Origin: Candidatus Iainarchaeum sp.
Lineage (GTDB): Archaea > Iainarchaeota > Iainarchaeia > Iainarchaeales > CSSED10-239
DNA: 6,116 bases
Assembly (NCBI GenBank): GCA_028700905.1
Contig: JAQVRT010000040.1
Span: forward strand, 1 to 6,116
Reading direction: 5' to 3'
Part shown: positions 4,377 through 6,116 of the stretch, piece by piece
How positions within the stretch are numbered: the first letter of the stretch is position 1
How the letters are laid out: each line of letters begins with the position of its first letter
Position numbers and translations under genes: made by a program
Notes under the pieces: model-generated
What the model was told of the DNA's origin: nothing
Seen by the model: only the letters and a program-made list of their open reading frames with translations
Database searches by the model: none

Positions 4377-6116
4377 TTATTCTAATCCACCATCAATAAT
4401 AGTCCAACCATAGTCATTAATTAATTTATTTCTAGAATCTACAGCAGAATTATCATAATTTACTGCTGTTGCTCCTAATGTTACATTAGTTTTTAAATTA
4501 TCTAAACTACTCCATTTAATTAAAAGTTTAGTATAATTTACAGTAGATAAAGCATAATCAAACATATGATCCATATCAATTACATTTGAAACATTCCAAG
4601 AACTAATATCTTGATCAAAACAAATATCACTAACACTAAAAAAACACATAAACATCCTATTCATATTTGTAACATTTGAAACATCCCACATACTTATATC
4701 TTGATTAAATGAATAATTATTATAAAACATAGAAGACATATCAGTTACATTTGAAACATCCCAATTATTCAATGGTTGATTAAATCTAGTACATCTAAAC
4801 ATTGAAGACATATTAGTTACATTTGAAACATCCCAATTATTTATAGAAGTATTAGTCCATGAAAATACACCATTATTTGGAGGATTACTTACACTACAAT
4901 TTTGATAACCACTAAAAGTACCTGCTAAATTTGTAACTCCATTTAGATCAGGAACATCAGTTGCAGTTACAACTAAATTTGTAGCTCCAGAGAAATAATA
5001 TCCATTATTTCCGAATTTTAAATTACCCCATTGACTAATTTCTGTTAATTTTAATTTATCTCCAGAATTATTAAACCTAAAACCTTCAATAAAACCAGTT
5101 ATTACAACAGTGTAAACTCCTGGTGCTGAATATGTATGAGTTTTATCAGGATCACTATAACTTGTAACCTCAGATGTAGTTCCATCTCCCCAATAAACTT
5201 TAAAATTATAATTATTACTATAATAAGAAGCAGAATCTAAAGGTAATGTAATTTGATTTGCACTGGAAGATCCAGTACTAATTTTTGTAGTATCCCATTT
5301 AGATATAAATGCATCTGAAGTAGGTATAAAATTTGCAGTTAAATTCACATTACTTGAAGGCATTGTATAACTAAATGAAGGATCTGTACTAACTACAGTA
5401 CCATTTTGATCAATCCAATTTACATAAGAAAATTCAGCAGTAGAAGTTATAGATATTTTTGCAACATCTCCAGGATTATAATTTCCTGCACCATTTAAAC
5501 TAATATGTACTGAATCTGGATTTTCAATTAAATTTAAATTATAAGCAACAGGCAAACTAAAAGTTGCAGTTACATTTTTAACTTCAGTCATAGAAACAGA
5601 ACAACTAATTTGAGATCCAGAACAAGCACCTGACCATCCTTCAAAAACATATCCTGAAACTGGAGTTGCATTTAATTGAACAGATTGTTGATCAGGAAAA
5701 GTTGCAGAACAGTTTGTTTGTGATTCTAAACAATTAATTCCAGAAGGATAAGTTTCAACAGTTCCTCCAATTGTTTTAGTTAAATTTAAAGTATAACTAT
5801 TTGGAAGATTAAAAGTTGCAGTTACATTTCTTGCTTGAGTCATGGAAACTGTACAAGTAAGATTAGTTCCAGAACAAGCACCTGACCATCCACCAAAACT
5901 ATGACCTGTAACAGGATTTGCAGTTAAAGTAACTGAAGTTCCTGAAGAATAATTTTCAGAACAATCAGAACCACAATTAATACCTAAAGGACTTGAAGTC
6001 ACAGTTCCATTTCCCGCACCACTTAAAGATACATTTAAAGTATAAGTTGATGGAGCTGTTGATGAAAAATTTGCAATTAAAGAAGTATTTGAATTTAAAG
6101 TAAAAGTATATGGATT
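4377..6116 (-). CDS. Large secreted/surface protein, 5'-truncated by the window: InlB B-repeats plus a C-terminal DUF285/BspA-like 26-residue-repeat domain
   Basis: The reading frame stays open from 6002 to the window edge at 6116 ([49 protein letters not shown]...). The ORF-track start at 6002 is therefore an internal GTG in the middle of a repeat domain. Domains: divergent B-repeat 1 (5811-6044), divergent B-repeat 2 (5559-5795), classic B-repeat (5328-5543), then FISKWDT...[10 protein letters not shown]...[15 protein letters not shown]. Four W[DN]VSNV(T/I)(N/D)MxxMF...FNQDIS units follow, the signature of the bacterial surface protein 26-residue repeat (DUF285). Stop codon at 4377-4379. 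Confidence 0.9.
   Translation of the reverse strand, partial: NPYTFTLNSNTSLIANFSSTAPSTYTLNVSLSGAGNGTVTSSPLGINCGSDCSENYSSGTSVTLTANPVTGHSFGGWSGACSGTNLTCTVSMTQARNVTATFNLPNSYTLNLTKTIGGTVETYPSGINCLESQTNCSATFPDQQSVQLNATPVSGYVFEGWSGACSGSQISCSVSMTEVKNVTATFSLPVAYNLNLIENPDSVHISLNGAGNYNPGDVAKISITSTAEFSYVNWIDQNGTVVSTDPSFSYTMPSSNVNLTANFIPTSDAFISKWDTTKISTGSSSANQITLPLDSASYYSNNYNFKVYWGDGTTSEVTSYSDPDKTHTYSAPGVYTVVITGFIEGFRFNNSGDKLKLTEISQWGNLKFGNNGYYFSGATNLVVTATDVPDLNGVTNLAGTFSGYQNCSVSNPPNNGVFSWTNTSINNWDVSNVTNMSSMFRCTRFNQPLNNWDVSNVTDMSSMFYNNYSFNQDISMWDVSNVTNMNRMFMCFFSVSDICFDQDISSWNVSNVIDMDHMFDYALSTVNYTKLLIKWSSLDNLKTNVTLGATAVNYDNSAVDSRNKLINDYGWTIIDGGLE
4551..4841 (-). repeat. In-frame tandem coding repeats (24-30 aa period) of the DUF285/BspA-like domain
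   Basis: acatttgaaacat[ct]cca (minus strand W-D/N-V-S-N-V) recurs at 4581, 4671, 4746 and 4818, giving spacings of 90, 75 and 72 nt. A 27-nt perfect repeat links 4743-4769 and 4815-4841. Confidence 0.9.
5811..6030 (-). repeat. B-repeat cassette copy in the large surface-protein gene, homologous at DNA level to 3838-4057
   Basis: Same alignment as above. A third, more diverged copy of the same domain lies at 5559-5795 and shares the terminal aatgtaactgcaactttt on the minus strand. Confidence 0.9.

Noticed and set aside
4551-4841. Regularly spaced near-identical 18-27 nt repeats that superficially resemble a CRISPR-like array
   Set aside because: The spacing is irregular (72/75/90 nt). The repeats are in-frame within a long ORF and encode the conserved WDVSNV(T)NM motif of the 26-residue surface-protein repeat. 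The segments between them are also homologous to each other, unlike CRISPR spacers.
6000-6002. Start codon for the large surface protein at 6002
   Set aside because: The codon is GTG, it lies in the middle of a B-repeat (..[18 protein letters not shown], compare SGNGTVTSNPPGINCG in the pilin-like gene), and the frame stays open to 6116. The true start is upstream of the window.
1-6116. Defence system, mobile element, tRNA/rRNA or small RNA genes
   Set aside because: No integrase, transposase, nuclease or ATPase motifs, terminal inverted repeats or tRNA-like structures were seen. Non-coding space totals about 100 nt, leaving no room for RNA genes.

Overview
AT-rich window that is almost entirely coding: five genes, intergenic gaps of only 19-64 nt, and one 17-nt convergent overlap. 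Two hallmarks point to an archaeon, probably a small-genome DPANN-like lineage, though that taxonomy is inference only. They are a Trm5/Taw2-type Met-10+ methyltransferase and a class III (prepilin-type, QxSxE) signal peptide. The + strand carries the 3' part of a trm5-like gene (1-678). The - strand carries four co-directional, tightly packed genes. (a) A 5'-truncated large surface protein (4377->6116) has InlB-type B-repeats followed by a DUF285/BspA-like 26-residue-repeat domain. (b) A 257-aa type IV pilin-like protein (3580-4353) has a body made of the same B-repeat modules. (c) A short ScpB-like winged-helix protein lies at 3096-3560. (d) A 789-aa membrane protein (662-3031) has an extracytoplasmic ATPase-less Lon-type S16 protease domain, a ~420-aa unrecognised ectodomain, one TM helix and a SHOCT-like, lysine-rich cytoplasmic tail. 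Three signals stand out: the pilin-adhesin fusion, a gap-free ~84% identical DNA cassette shared between the pilin-like gene and the giant surface-protein gene, and the unusual Lon-like ecto-protease next to them. The cassette includes 49-nt and 33-nt perfect blocks, which suggests gene conversion or cassette exchange. Together they look like a candidate cell-surface attachment/processing locus. I saw no RNA genes, CRISPR arrays, transposases or recognisable defence genes. All family calls come from motif recognition by eye; no searches were run.
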